A stretch of DNA of 64,000 nucleotides from Camelus dromedarius (lineage: Eukaryota). A program made the position numbers and the translations under genes. The notes under the pieces are model-generated. The model had not been told where the DNA came from, did no database searches, and was given only the letters and a program-made list of their open reading frames with translations. Below, piece after piece: positions 11,359 to 25,600 of the stretch (its first letter is position 1; each line of letters starts with the position of its first letter). Location of the stretch: the NCBI RefSeq assembly GCF_036321535.1, contig NC_087459.1, positions 21,948,001 to 22,012,000 on the forward strand. The letters run 5' to 3'.

Positions 11359-13344
11359 ACCAGCAGGACAGTTTCTAAGTGGGATGACTATATGCTCTGG
11401 TTTGCCTGGGGCAGTCCCAGTGTCCCTGGTGTAATTGTTAATGGCGCCCCTTTCACTCTGAGAAGGTCCCAGTTTAGACAATAAGTTGTAAGGTCACTTG
11501 ATCTTTAAGGGACATACCAGGAGGTGACTGGCCTAATTTCAAATTGTGGATGTCCTTTGAAGTGTCCTTAAGGGGGCATTTCTCTGGATGGCTGTCCTTT
11601 GCATTGTCGTTCAATTGTTTTTGAGAGAGGGTGAGAGACAGGAACCACAAAGATGGCAGTCAGGAAGCAAAGGAGAAGGAGAGAATGTCTTTCCCTCGGG
11701 CAGGTAGGGAACGAAAGTCTTGCCCGGCTTGCCCAGTCTTATGAGTCTGCACTGGCCCTGTGAGCATCTCCGTGTATGAAGGAGTGTGACACTAAACTGC
11801 AAATAGGAAACATGAGGACAGGTAGAGGGAGGGGCTGCAGAAGAAAGGCAAAACTTTTTTCCCAAGAACAAGAGGCTCCACACTTTTTATTTTGACCAAG
11901 ACTGGCAAATTCTGTACCTGTCCCTGCTTCCAGACGCACATGTTCTCAGGTCCCAGAGAAAGTGAGTTGAAGTCACATTGTGATAACTAAAACATAACCA
12001 AAGTCTGGGAGGCACAGGGAGGGAGGGATCAAACCTAGGAGGGAATTCCAGGAAGACTTCAAAGAGGAGGTGGCATTGGCAATGAGCCTGAGAGCACAGG
12101 GAGTTTCATTTGGCTGATAAGGAATGTACAGAGGTCATTGAGTTCTAAATGTACATCCCTCCTCCTTCTTCACCGAGCTGGCAGACTGGGGACACAGAAG
12201 GAAGTACCAGGTGCCAGAGTTGTATTTTTTCTTTATTTGTTTTGAAATATAATACATACACTGAAATGCACAAATCCAAAAGATCCAACTCATTGAATTT
12301 TCCATGTGTGTGCCCAGGTAACCACCACCTAGGCCAAGACGTAGAACATCTCTGGTCCCCCCTCCCCTTGGTTCCCTTGGGCCCCTCCTGATCACACAAC
12401 ACCTAATAAATCCAAAGATAGCCACTGTCCCACTTCCATCACTGTCAATTTGTGTTCAGGCCCTATTTTTCGAAAAATGAATATAAAACTATTGATTGAC
12501 CACAGTTCACCAGTATTCACAATCAAGCAAATCATGTATATTGGATGACATTCTGATTGCTACAAATGTACTGGTTTTCCTGGTCTCCGTTGAGTCATAA
12601 CACAAATACGAATAGATTAAGCCTATGTGTAAGGAATGGACTGGGGTAAAGAAAGCCATGCAGATCAGTAGTTTAAGACCACAAGTTCACCCTCCCATTT
12701 ATGCCAACAGGTCCCAAACTGCTACATCTCCAGCCACCCGATTCCATTTCATCAGCAGGTCTTAAGAGATGCAAGGCATTCAGGTTTCTGTAAAGGAATG
12801 GCTCTCTAGAAGGAAACTTTTTTTAAAATTTAATATCATATTTTTCACATTGCCCACTGTTACTCACAGTCGCAATCCTGAAATTAAACTCCTTCTGCGT
12901 TGCCCTGTGAAACACCAAGAGGAAAGGGCAGAGCTTGCACTGTTCCCCGTAGGGCCAGGGAAGACACTAGGAGATCCTTACGCGACTGTGGCGGGCACTT
13001 CTCTTCCACTTTTAAACATCAAGCCCCAATCAGCATTTGATGAGCCTTTTTAAAACACTCTTGTTGGTTTCGGAATGTATTCATACGGCATTGCCAAATT
13101 ATCGTTGCTCAGCGGAGGGGACCATGAGGTCATATTTTCTGTCGCCCTATACACTACATGCCATCTTTAGAAGGAATCTTTAAATGCCAATTAAAAAAAA
13201 AAAGAATTCTTTATTTAAAAAAAATGCCAATTTAACAAGGTTTGCATGACTAATTAATTAAAATGCACTAATATTTGTCTAGTGTCTTCATCTGAGTGGC
13301 GAGATAGTTGGTGGTGAGAACATTTTTCCAAATTAAAAAAGTCT

Positions 13345-13485
13345 CAGCAGGAGGGTACAGCTCAGAGGTAGAGCACATGCTTAGCACGCACAAGATCCTG
13401 GGTTCAATCCCCAGGACTCCCTCTAAACATAAGTAGACCTAATTACCTGTCCCCCAGTAAATAAAAATAAATTAAACAATTTTTT
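13345..13485 (+). mobile_element. tRNA-Ala-derived SINE (Vic-1-like)
   Basis: GAGGGTACAGCTCAGAGGTAGAGCACATGCTTAGCA...GGTTCAATCCCCAG with an A-rich tail; flanked by AAAAGTCT direct repeats. Confidence 0.85.
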
Positions 13486-16420
13486 AAAAGTCTTTCCTCT
13501 CACTTTTGCAATAAATGGTTGCATTTCTATGACTGGATATAGATGTGGATTCTGAAATAGCTGCTTTAAATCGTCCAATTTTCATTGTTTATCTTCTATT
13601 TAAATTGTTCAGTTAATTATAGAATTATCTATTTGTTTTGAAAGCATATCACTTCAGGACATTTTTCCATTTAACTTGAGGTGATCTGTTTCTTTAGTGG
13701 CTCAGAATGAGGACTCCCAGGAAACAAGATACATGGAAGCGTGGTTGGGAAATGCTGCTTTTGTTTTGAATAGTTTTATTTTTGGTGAATGTTAAACACA
13801 CACACACATCTCAAACCATTTGCATACATGAATACACAGATATTTATATATATATACACACATACACAAACAAACAAACAAAAGGCCCAGCGTGTCTCTA
13901 TATACATGGGTTAGACTCGGTCTGATTTTTGAATAGCCTCACGAGTGGCCAATGCCAAGAGCTCCCCTCACAAAGTCTCACTTCCCTGTGACACTTCTGC
14001 CCCGAAGCGCCTTGTGCCCCGACCCCTCCTGTGACTGTCCTGGTTGTGTCTCCAGACTCGTGGTGGGAGCCCCCCTGGAGGTGGTATCTGTCAGGAAAAC
14101 AGGATGGTTGTACAACTGTGTGGTGACCACCGGCCTGTGCCGGCCCATCTTGCTGGACAGTGAGTGACTCGCCTCCAGGCATCTGAGCCTTCAACCCTCC
14201 TACACCGGAGTGTCCCCTCCCAGCCTGCAGCCCGGACTCCACCACCTCATCACAACTGAGGGTGTGCCCGTGAGTGTGACCATACGTGTCTGCCCTCTCA
14301 GCACCCCTAGAAGCCGTGAACATGTCCTTGGGCCTGTCCATGGCGGCCTCCACCAATTCCTCTTGGCTGCTGGTGAGTTTTTCTGGGTTACAGGAGGGTC
14401 TCGAGGGAGGAACAGGGGCCAAAGGAGGCTGGATCTGAGGGAGAAGCGGAGGGAGAGTTCCGAGGCGCCCCTTGCCTACACAGACCTCTGCCCTCAGGCT
14501 TGCGGCCCGTCGGTGCACAGAGCCTGCAGGGAGAACATGTATGCCAAAGGCTCTTGCCTCCCTTGGGCACCCATCTGCAGATCATCTCGACAGTCCCCGC
14601 TGCCCTGCCAGGTAGGTCCCTTAGAGACGGCAGTTCGGTGTGAAGCATATCCTGGTACTGCTTGTGTGCACAGAGCATGAAGCCTGAGTCTGGCCTCCCG
14701 TGCACAGGGCCCCTTCCCCAAGGCCTCAGCAAAGCCCAGAGGGGCTGGGAGCACAGTCTGGCCTGCCTGGAGGCGTAGCTCATGGCAGGAGCCATAAGTT
14801 GGACAAGCAGTGATGGTTCTGTTGGGACAGGAGGGAGCTGCTGCTGGAGGCATGAGGGGCCTACAGTTGCCACCAGGGGCAGGGGTGCTTCTTGGTTTTC
14901 AGAGGAAGGGCTTTGGGTGGTGAAAATTTGTGGTAAGGATGCAGATCCGAGGATCCACGAGGAAGGCATTCACTACTGAGCTGTCAGGACTTCCCAGACT
15001 CGCTCCTCCCCTTCTAAGCGGAGCGAATGATCGGACCGTGGGACGCATGAGGCCCAATATTGTCAGCACTTAAGTTGTTCATAGCGAGTGGTGCCTAGGG
15101 CCCTGCTACAGCTTCTCTCTGAGAGTCAGTCTTTACACATTCATCTTCTGCATCCTTGGGCAAGTGGCTTCATTCCCTGGGTCTTAGATTCCTCGCTGGT
15201 AAATGGCCTTTCATAATTGAGGTTATGAGGATTGAACAATTTGATATATATAAATTGCTGAGTCTCGTACATGTGATAGCCATTGTGACTGATTTTCTAG
15301 CTGAAGGCCATGTGTTCACGGTAGGAGGAAGATACAGATAAACTGCCCCATCTATGGCATTGAAGGGAGTAGTGGGCCCCAGTTGAGAGCCAGGGGCCAC
15401 TCAAGGCACAAGAACAGTGCCTTGGACCAGAGAAACCATGATGCCAGCCATGGTGGGCTTTTAGTCAAAGGTGAACCGGCAGCAGAAACACTCCCCAGAC
15501 CAAATTGTGGAAGCAGAGTCCACACAAGGGACAGAGAGTGGAAAGGACTTTTGCGAGGACCATGCCCCACCTGGGATGTCTGTGCAGCCAGGGTTGGGGA
15601 GGTGACATTTAAATACTAGGAGGTAAATGTCTTCTCCTAGATGTCTCCAGGGCTTGGGAGGTGGGATGCCTGATGAAAATGGGACACAGGTACATAAGCC
15701 TGATGCAGGTGAGGCAGGTCTGAGTAGAAGTGGAAGGACCGTGTGCCAGGCAGTGCTGGGTACTGCATGCCGGGTGTGCATCACCTTATGGCATCCTCAC
15801 AAGATCCTTGTGGAGGCCGGGATGATCCCCACTTTACAGATGAGAAAACTGAGGCTCAGAGAGGTGAGTTCCTACTTTAGAAAGTGGCAGAGTCCAGAGC
15901 TTGAGCCAACCTTATTTGATTGGGTTGGTCCTTTTTCAGAAGTGGTTTAGCTGCAGCCAGGTGCCTGCGGTGGGAAGACCAGTGGATACAGTAAAAGGAA
16001 CAAGAAACAGAAGTGATGCTGTGAGGGCGCTGGCCACAAACCTAGCCTGAGAGAGGATGTGGGGTGGTTTTGTGATACAGCTAAAAATGTGGACACAAGT
16101 ACAAGGTGTGGTGACAGGGAACACCAGCTACCCAGCTGTGGGGGATAGATAACGGGTAAGCAGGGGGAGCACCTGAGGGCTTCTTGGCTTGCTGTGTGGG
16201 TGCACCTCAGCGCTGTGGTGGCCGGATCTCCCAGCACCCTGGGACCAACACAGGATGTGGAGTGCTGGTGGAGGCACAGACTGGGTTTTGCACACAGGCC
16301 ACATCCCTCCACGTAAGTCTGGGAACAACCTGTGATGTCTTACTTGTTCATGTGCTTGTGATGTGTCTTTCTGTTACGGTGTGGGCTCCACAAGGGCAGG
16401 GGTGAGATCTTTTTTAAAGC

Positions 16421-16760
16421 TATGTTCTTAGATCAGATTTCCCTGGAAACAGACTCTGAGGCTCTCTTGGGAATGTTCTCAGGAGCAACACCTACTAGAG
16501 TGTGAGGGAGGCAGGACTGGGCAGCTGGAGAGGGTGGACTATTGAGAGGCCTCAGCCGACCCACGGACACTTGGAGCATAGCAGGATACATGTTGCCCCC
16601 AGGAGCCAGAGGTGTAACCTTGAGCAAGGCACCTGTCTTTTGAATGAGGTGATGCCTAGGGAGGGACTCCACTGGGAACCATCGACAGCCAACCCCCTGC
16701 AGCCAGGAATGAGCACCTCCATCCTGATGGGGGCAGCTCTTGGTGGCACACGTTAGCATC
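16421..16760. mobile_element. MLT1 (ERVL-MaLR) LTR fragment
   Basis: MLT1-type motifs (CTGGAAACAGACTCTGAG, GCCTCAGCCGACCC, ACAGCCAACCCCCTGCAGC) in ITGAD intron 5. Confidence 0.5.
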
Positions 16761-18029
16761 CCCTGCAGGTGCGTCTTTGGGCCTAGAACAATGCCAGGCC
16801 CGTGGTGATGGTGGTGATGATAGCTTCCCCTTATGGTGTGCCAGGCCCTGTCTTTGCTTTATGTACATATTGATGTTTTTAATCCTTGCAGTGATCCCAT
16901 GTGGAAGGCACTGTTATTACCCATTTTACAGGCAGGGAGAACCGAAGCCCACTGAAGTTATGTAACTTGCCTGATTCACCACTAACAGGTGGCAGAGCTG
17001 GGATTTGAGCCCAGGCATGCTGGCTCCAGAACACAGACTCGGAACCACTTGGCTAAATTGCCTTCCCCTGTGCTCTACAGTATCTCTGGAGTGCGTACTC
17101 AATAAATATCTGTTAACAAGATGAATGAAGAGCCCACTTGGCCCCTATCCTCTATTTCTTTCCCCTTTTCCAGGCCTGGTGGGAGGAGGGAGCAAAAGGG
17201 ACTCCGCTGAAGGGAGAAGGGACTGGGGCAACAGATTTGGGCCTCCCCATGAAGGGTGTCAGAAACTGAGTGGGGATTGATGCCTATGCCAAGAATGCCC
17301 CCTTGACTCTGTGGAGCAGGAGGTAGCTGGGACCCACACACATATCTCTGGTTCCTCCCTCTCTCTCGTAGAGTGTCCAAATCAAGAGATGAACATTGTC
17401 TTCCTGATTGATGATTCTGGCAGCATTGACCCAACTGACTTTAAACAGATGAAGAACTTTGTCAGAGCTGTGATGGGCCAGTTCAAGGGCACCAACACAC
17501 TGGTGAAAACTGGGCTCCCGAGGCCTGGGCAGTGCAATGGGGGAGGGTCTGCCTCTGGGAAGGTCACCCTGGGAGGGAGCCTGGCATCACTAGGCTGGCT
17601 CAGTGGACCTGTGCTGTGACAAGGCTAGGGTCCAAGGTCAAGATGTGGTCCCAGTGCTAGCCGATTTGAGTCATGACCCAAGGAGTTTCCTCCACCGTAT
17701 TTCTTATGTCCACACAGGAAATAACAGTGTTTTTGCTGTTTAGATACATTGAAAGGATTGTCAAATAATTTTGCTGGGAAATCTGACCAAAGGTAACTCA
17801 GCCAAATAATTGATGCTTTCTTTGTTATATTTTCCATGTAACTCGTGATTTATCTCATTATTTCCCATTTATTAGCGTTGATGTACAAATTCTTGAGGAG
17901 CAAGGAAGTATAGCCTACAAATTGATTTCATGTATTATAAGTGTTTTCAATTTTTAAATTTTTGTTTAAAAACTTTTTGTGACACTGTTGACTTTATTTT
18001 GGGTTGGAGATAATTAGGTTTAAAGTTAT

Positions 18030-18177
18030 CTATGTATCTCTATCTATCTATGTGTCTGTCTGTCTATCTATCTATCTATCATCTATCTATCTCTTTTTAA
18101 TGGAGGCACTGGGGATTGGACCCAGGACCTTGTGCATGCTAAGCACATGCTCTACCACTGAGCTATATCCTCCCCCC
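18030..18177 (-). mobile_element. Vic-1-like SINE with (TCTA)n tail
   Basis: Reverse SINE body at 18092-18177 (ATGGAGGCACTGGGGATTGGACCCAGG...TGAGCTATATCCTCCCC), preceded by a TCTA/TCTG microsatellite. Confidence 0.85.
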
Positions 18178-20240
18178 ATAAAAATTTTTTTAAATCTAAG
18201 TTTTACAAATATTGTGGTCAGCAAGGCTATTCTTTGTAAACTATGAAAGAAGCATTATTTGATTTTGACTTTCCTGTTTTCTTTTTGGGCCATTTATTAT
18301 TTCTTTTCTAGGTGTCAGTCTACGTTTGTCAGGCCTCAAAAACACAGGGGACATGGTTTGTAAGTCAAAAATTATTCCCAAATAAAAAGTTCATTAAAGA
18401 GCAGCTCCTAAGCCCCAGGGCCCTGTTCGTGAACTTCACAGTTCTCCCTGATGCATTACTCAAACCTCCTGATAACCCACTTCAGCTTCAGCAAATTTCA
18501 GACCAGCCCGCACCCTCAGAGCCTGGTGGATCCTATTGTCCAGCTGACCGGCCTGACATTCACAGCCACCGGCATCCGGACAGTGGTGTAAGCTACCCCT
18601 CCTACTGCCTGTGGATTCGCTGCTTCCTCACTGCTTTGTTGGGCTGCATCTGCAGCCCTTCTCAGAGGCTGAGGGAGGCTCTGGGGAGGGGCTCACAGGG
18701 AACTGAGGTGGCTGTGGGCAGAGTCCTCCCTGGAGGGTTTCTTCTGGTCCCCTTGCTCGTGGCTCATTGCGCTCCCCTGATCTAGCACAGGACTCCCCTG
18801 CAGGCTGCTTCCCCTTTGCCTGGCTTTGGATTGGCTGGACCCTGAGTCCACCTGGGCTTTGCTTCTGGGTTCCCGACCTAGCTCCCTGTGTGCTACCTGG
18901 GCCACCCTTGAAGTTACTGACTCTTCCTAAGTTTCAGGAAACTGTCAAATGAGGATAAACTCACAACTTGGTTGTAAGGATTAAATGAGATAACACGAGC
19001 CAGGTGCTTCCACACGAGGTGTGCTACATAAATGGTTGAGGATTTTATCCAAAAACTGGTGCACCCCCTCTTCACCTCCCTGGAAGGGACTCAGGAATTA
19101 TGGCTAAATGTCTTCTTTGTGCCTTTTCCCCACTCGTCTCCCTTTATCCCTCATCCCTCCCCATTCAAACCCTCCACACGTACCATGTGCTTGCTCAGCA
19201 CTGGCGGCAAGGCGGTCTGGGAAGAAAACGGCTTAGGTGGTGGGGCCAGAATAGAATGTGTGGTTCTCTTGGGGAGGAACTGGGTGGAATGTCTGGAATC
19301 CTCAACTTCCTGCATACTCTTTGGTGCTGTCCTGGGCATGGTGCTGGAGAAATGCTGAACAAGGGATGCTGTCTCCAGAAGCACCCTCTTTACTTTTGAG
19401 CGGCTTTTCTGCCTTGAACACTGACCCCTTGGGACTGAATAACCGGGAAGAAAGCCTCTGTTCCTTGTGTTGAAAGTTGCATAGGAGCGGCGTCCCTTCC
19501 TAGCCCCTGAAGCTCCTTCTCGTAGTGGGTGACGGTGTAGTTCTCATCCACATCTGTCCTGTTCCCATCTCCTCCCCGCTCTCCGAAGCCAAGCCCAAGC
19601 CACTGACTGGTGGTGGTGGTTGTTTTTTTCTTTTTTAGAAGTTTCATTACAAAAAAGACAAAAAGTCAAAGCATTAAGGAAATTTTTGAAAGAAAGAAGT
19701 ATTACTTACAGTCCCTCTAGCCAAACACTTCACAGTATTTTAGCAATAAGAAAGCATAAGTACAAACAAAAAAGTATATCCTACCCTCAAAGCACACTGT
19801 CCTTTCCATCCTTGTCTTTATTCATACGTATTTTATATGGTCACAATTAGAGCAGAAACTATTTCCATCCTGCTATTTCCCCCCTCCCCGTCTATTACAT
19901 AAACCTGTTCCATGTTTCTCTGCAGTTTTTATTGTTTCCCTTTGAAATGGCTACGTACTTTTCCACCCAGGGGCTGGATCATGATTTGCTAAACCCCTTC
20001 CCTAATGTTAAACATTTAAGTTGTTTCCAGTATTTTATTTGGCATATGTATGTTATTTTGTGTGCACATGTGTGTATGTGTGTTTATTCTGGGTTTGTTG
20101 AACTACATGAGCGTATAGTTACATTTCTCAGTCGTTTGTAACAGCTACCATAGAATTAATACTTACCTGTTGGCCAGTCACTGTTGTAAAAGCTTGACTA
20201 AGCTTGACATAGTTTGATCCTCAGAATAACCTGATACTAT

Positions 20241-20705
20241 TTGTCTCAGTTACCTATTGTTGCTAACAAACCAGTCCCAATATTAGTGGCTTAAACAGCA
20301 ACACTTCTGTTACTATTTTTCATGACCCTGGGGCTCAGCTGTTCTCACGCGGGGTCACTCGTGTGGCTGTGGCCAGGTGGCATCTGAGGCTGGAGTATGA
20401 GAGCTTCATTCGCATGGCTGCTGCCTTGGCAGGACTGGCTGGAAGGCTAGGCTCAGCTGGGACGGCTGGGCCTCTCTCTTCACGTGGCCACTCCATGGGG
20501 TGCCTCTAACAGGTTGGCTAGACTTCTCTCATGTGGGCTCAGGGCTCCCCAAAGTGCAAAAGCTACCAGGGCTCCTTAGGCCCATATCTGACACAGGGTC
20601 ACTTCCATTGCACGCTGCTGATTAAAGGGAGTCACAGGCCAGTTCAATATGGGAAGGAGATCGGGTGTGGCTCACTGGGGGCTGTCTTTGAAGACCAGCC
20701 GTGAA
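20241..20705. mobile_element. MLT1 (ERVL-MaLR) LTR
   Basis: TGTCTCAGTTACCTATTGTTGCTAACAAAC...AGTGGCTTAAACA start and GGCTCAGCTGGGA/CCACTCCATG motifs. Confidence 0.6.
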
Positions 20706-22470
20706 ACAATTACTCCTCTCATCTTGCACGGATAGAAGCAAAGGCTCAGAGAGGTGAAGTAATTTGCCCAGGAGTGTCTGACCCGTACTGCCTCCTGGGA
20801 GTGGATTCCTTACTGGCTGACACTTTAAGAACAAGGAATACGAACGAGTACTTTTACTGTGCGTCATACTATTTATTGTTCGTATAATTTTCAAGAAGGG
20901 CTGAATCGATTTCTTAACATGCCTGACAGAGTCTCAGGGTTACCAAGACTCCCCAATCTCTCCAGATGAGCTTCTAGTGCTGCAAATGATTTCTTTCCAG
21001 AATCTCAGTAAAGTCACCCCCCTCTTTCTTCCTTGACAGGGAAGAACTATTTCATAGTAAGAATGGAGCCTGCAAAAGTGCCAAGAAGATCCTCATTGTC
21101 ATCACAGATGGGCAAAAATATGAAGACCCCCTGGAGTACAGTGACGTCATCCCCCAGGCAGAGAAAGCCAGCATCATCCGCTATGCCATTGGGGTTCATC
21201 CCCTTCCTCGTGGCTCCCCCCGACTCAGCCTGCGACTCACCCAGACTGAAGGGCTGGCAGGTTCCTCCTCCTCAGCTGCCTCTCTGCTACAGGTGGGAGA
21301 TGCTTCCAGAAACCCACTGCCAGGCAGGAGCTGAACATCACTGGCCCAGCGCCTTCAAAGGACCATGTATTCAAGGTGGACAACTTTGCAGCCCTCGGCA
21401 GCATCCAGAAGCGGCTGCAGGAAAAGATCTTTTCAGTTGAGGGTAAGTGGGCAGTGAGGTTAGGTCTTGGAATAGAAAGGGTCCTGACTTGGTTGTCCCC
21501 CATAGGCCTGAGGATCCATCCCTACTCAGAGCTCATCCAACACTGTTCCCCAGAACCTAAGCTCCAGACCACCTCTCCTCTCTTTGCTGAGTCCTCATGG
21601 TCTCAAGATCTCCAGGAGCCTGAGTGACCTGTTTCCCTGCTGGAACCCAGTCGAGGACAAGTAGCTCCTTCCAGCATGAGATGTCACAAGAAGGCTTCAG
21701 TTCAGTCCTCACCACGGTGGGTGGAGCCATAATATGCTTGATAAACGAGTCTCAGGTACCAACGCTGTGCCAACCCTGGGCTGGGACCTGGGACCGAGAA
21801 TAAATAAGAAAGCAGACCCTGTCCTCAAGCTCACCATCTAGTCCAGGAGAGACACACGGGCAGTGTATGCAGGTGCTGGAAGCACAGCCAAGAACAGGAT
21901 GGCAAGGTTCCTGCTCTCCTGGAATGCATTACTGGTGGGAAGAGATAGCAAACAACAAACAAAGACTCTCAGATTGTTCTAAGCATTGGGGTAGAGAAAG
22001 AGAGGTGATCAGAGGAAGCCTAAGGAGTGACAGCTGAGGCTGAATGATGAGAAAGGGCTAGGCCTGGGAAAATCTGGGGAGAGATTGCTCCAGGCTGAGG
22101 AAAAAGCAAGTGCAAAGGTCCTGAGGCAGGAATAAGGTTACTGCACTAGAGAGACAGAAGGGCCAGCACAGCTGGAGCAGAGTGGGCTAGGGGCAGCATG
22201 GAAAGAGAGCCAGAGAGATGGGAAAGACCTGACCATGCAGACCAAGGAAACCACAACACGGCCTGACTTGCCAGAAAGGACATGTGTGTTCAAAATATCC
22301 AGAAGGATTTGCTTCCAAATAATTTTGAGGGTGATTGAGGGGCATGCAGAAACAGAACAAGCTTATTCATGAATTAATCCCTGACGCTAGGTCGCCGATA
22401 CTTTTGGATTCAGTATACATTTCTTTCCACTTTTGTATATGTTCTAAATTATCCATAATCAAAAGTTTGA

Positions 22471-22611
22471 GGGGAAGAGTATAGTGCAGTGGTAGAGTGC
22501 CTGCCTAGCATTTACAAGATCCTGGGTTCAATCCCCAGTACCTCCATTAAGAATAAATAAATAAACATAATTACCCCCCAAAACAAATGCAAATTAAAAA
22601 AAACATATCCT
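22471..22611 (+). mobile_element. Vic-1-like SINE
   Basis: tRNA-like head, A-rich tail and 10-bp target-site duplication AAAAGTTTGA (22461-22470 / 22612-22621). Confidence 0.9.
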
Positions 22612-25600
22612 AAAAGTTTGAAAAGGCAATAAACAAAGTATTCAGAAGGGGAAACACTTGTCGCTTCTGGAGGGAGCCCAGGAAGACCTCACAGAGGTGA
22701 CTTTGAGGTTAACTCTTCCAGAAGGAGGAGTTGAGTCCCAGAAAGAGAGGACAGAGAAGTGTCCAGGCCAGAGGCTTGGTGTGTTTTGGAGCAGAGGATT
22801 TGGTTTGATTGGGAAGGATCCTAGATGCCACCTTCAGGGGCTTGGTGACAGGGAGCCATCTTGGTTTGCTAGCAGGGTGGTGGCTGCACATTTGGGTTTG
22901 AAGAAATCTAGCTCTGGGGCAGTAGATGAAGCAGAGGAGAGCAAGTGAGGAGGCAGAAGGGCAGCGGGTGAGGGCTGGGGCTGACTGTGACAGTGGCAGT
23001 GGGGAGGGACTGAGAGATACGGGAGTCAGGGACACGGAAGCTGCGGTGAGAGTCTGGGAAGAGGAACTCCAAATGGCGAGTGGAGCCAGCGGCAGGCAGT
23101 GCTTCTCCTTCCCACCTGCTCAGCCCTGGAATCTCTCCTCCCAGGATGGACCAGTTCTGGGGGCTGTGGGGAGCTTCAGCTGGTCTGGAGGGGCCTTCCT
23201 GTACCCCCCCAAAATGAGCCCCACCTTCATCAACATGTCCCAGGAGAACGGGGACATGAGGGACTCTTACCTGGGTGAGACGGGGCTGCGGCTGGAGGGT
23301 CAGGCAGGGCTGCCGGGGAGGGCGGGCCCTGGGGGCGGGAGGGGAAGCCTTTGTGCTGAGGCCTGGCCCCCTCAGGTTACTCCACTGAGCTGGCCCTTTG
23401 GAAGGGGGTACAGAACCTGGTCCTGGGGGCCCCCCGCCATCAGCACACCGGGAAGGTTGTCCTCTTCACCCAGGTGTCCAGGCAGTGGAGGCCGAAGGCT
23501 GAAGTCACAGGGACCCAGGTTGGGCGTGGAGGAGGGTCTCCAGGGGCAGAGAGGAGGGAGATGAAGTGGGTGTGGGGCGGGGAGGGAGGTGCTGGTGGCT
23601 GGGGAGAGCGGGACCTGGCCCAGAAGGGGTCCTCTGGCAAGGGCCGGCAGGATGACTCCGGGCTCTGCCCTGCAGATCGGCTCCTACTTCGGGGCCTCCC
23701 TCTGCTCCGTGGACGTGGACAGAGATGGCAGCTCCGACCTGGTCCTCATCGGGGCCCCGCATTACTATGAGCAGACCCGGGGGGGCCGGGTGTCCGTGTG
23801 CCCCTTGCCCAAGGGGGTGAGTGGCTGACGGGACCTGGGTTGGGCGGAGTCAGGGTGTGGGTGGAGGGCTTGCCCGGGTTGGTACCTGACACTGGTTTTC
23901 TTCGGCAGTGGGCTAAGTGGCAGTGTGGGGTCATTCTCCATGGGGAGCAAGGCCACCCCTGGAGCCGCTTTGGGGCAGCCCTGACAGTGATGGGGGATGT
24001 GAATGGGGGCAAGCTGATGGACGTGGCCATTGGGGCCCCAGGAGAGCAGGAGAAACAGGGTGCCATCTACCTGTTTCATGGAACCTCAGGACTGAGCATC
24101 AGCCCCTCCGCACAGCCAGGTGAGGCCCCCCGTCTTCTACCTCTTTCTTCTGTTCCACCTTCTTTCCCACGTCTTAGATTCGCCTGATGCTGCCTCCAGT
24201 CACCGGCTTCATTGGTGACCATTCCCCTTTGAGCAGCTTAGCAGTCAAGAGATCAGGGCCCCAAGTCAAATGCCTAGCCAGCCCTGTTAGCTGCGTGGGC
24301 TTAGGCAAGTGACTGATTTAGCCTCTGTGAGCCTTAGTTTCCTTCTATGAAACATTAAAGGATGAACGAATTCCACTGGCTTCTTGTAAAGATAACTCAG
24401 TGAGAGCGCTAAGCACTGCATTCCTCACATAGTTATGAAGGAACAAAGGAGGAGTAAATGAATCTGTGATGAGCCTATTGTTGTGCACTGATGTTGTCAT
24501 TAGCCTGCACCCTCATGGTCCTTGTTGGACCACAAGTGCTCCTCTCTCTGTCTTGGGACCCTGCTCTCCACTTCTCTCTCCTTTTCAACTTCTCTATTCA
24601 GTGTCCTTCCCAACTAAGGTCTTCTCAAACCTCCAATCCCCTTTCTTTGACTTCCCCTCCTCCTTTCTCTCTGGCAGGTGGATCACAGGCTCCCAGCTCT
24701 CCCCCAGGCTTCAGTATTTCTGGCAGTCACTGAGTGGGTGTCAGGACATCACTCAGGATGGACTGGTGGACCTGGCCGTGGGGGCCCAGGGACACGTGCT
24801 GCTGTTCAGGTGACAACTTCTCCCTTGTCTACCTGTGTCTAATTCACCAAGCTGTCCCCTCCCCCATTCTCCTCCCAGAGGCCAGAGGCTTGTCCTCAGC
24901 CCCTGTGTGTACCCTCAGGAGCCTGCCGGTGCTGAATGTGGAGGTAGCTATGATATTCACACCCCCGGAAGTGGCAAAAGCTGTGTACTGGTGCTGGGAA
25001 GATGTGCCCGCCACCCTGGAAATTGGGGACACCAGAGTCTGTCTCACTATCCACGAAAGCTCACAGGATCAGCTCCGTGAGTTTCCTCCCAGTAGACCCA
25101 GACACCGCCCCCACCCCCGCCCGCTAGAGGTCAGGACAGAATGGGCCCAGAGATCCAAATCTGACCTCCCATCCAACCAGCTGCCCTTCTCTCTGCCTCT
25201 GCCCACACCTCAGCCTCCAGGTTCTGTCTCCAGGATACAAGTGAAGTCTGCCCACTTTTCTCCACCAGCCCCAGCTATTGCCTTCCTTGAGGATGCCTTC
25301 TCCTTCCTACCTACACTTGAAGCTGTGTCCACATAGCCTCCACCCCCCAACCCCCCACAGACTGGTCCTAAACATCCCTCACGTGCCCCCTCTTGCATTG
25401 ATAAAGACCATAGTTCTCCCCTGCAGTGCCCCTGCTGATTTAGCCCCTCTCTGCCCCTCCAGCCTCACCTCATCCCACTCCTCCTTACTCCAGACACTTT
25501 TGAATTCATGTGCCAGCCTCTCTCTCCCTTCTGGTCTTAGCTGCTGTTCCCACAGTCTGGAATTCTCTCCTCCCCACTCTTCACCCGACTCCTGCTCATC

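Noticed and set aside
13898-14969. Long minus-strand ORFs (206 and 193 aa) over ITGAD exons 3-5
   Set aside because: GC-rich shadow ORFs with no recognisable domain.
22926-23564. 212-aa plus-strand ORF
   Set aside because: It is ITGAD exon 11 plus open flanking intron sequence, not a separate gene.
14498-24809. ITGAD frameshifts -1, -1, +1, +1 sum to zero, suggesting compensation
   Set aside because: They are separated by many exons, and a stop occurs at 17390-92 right after the first shift.
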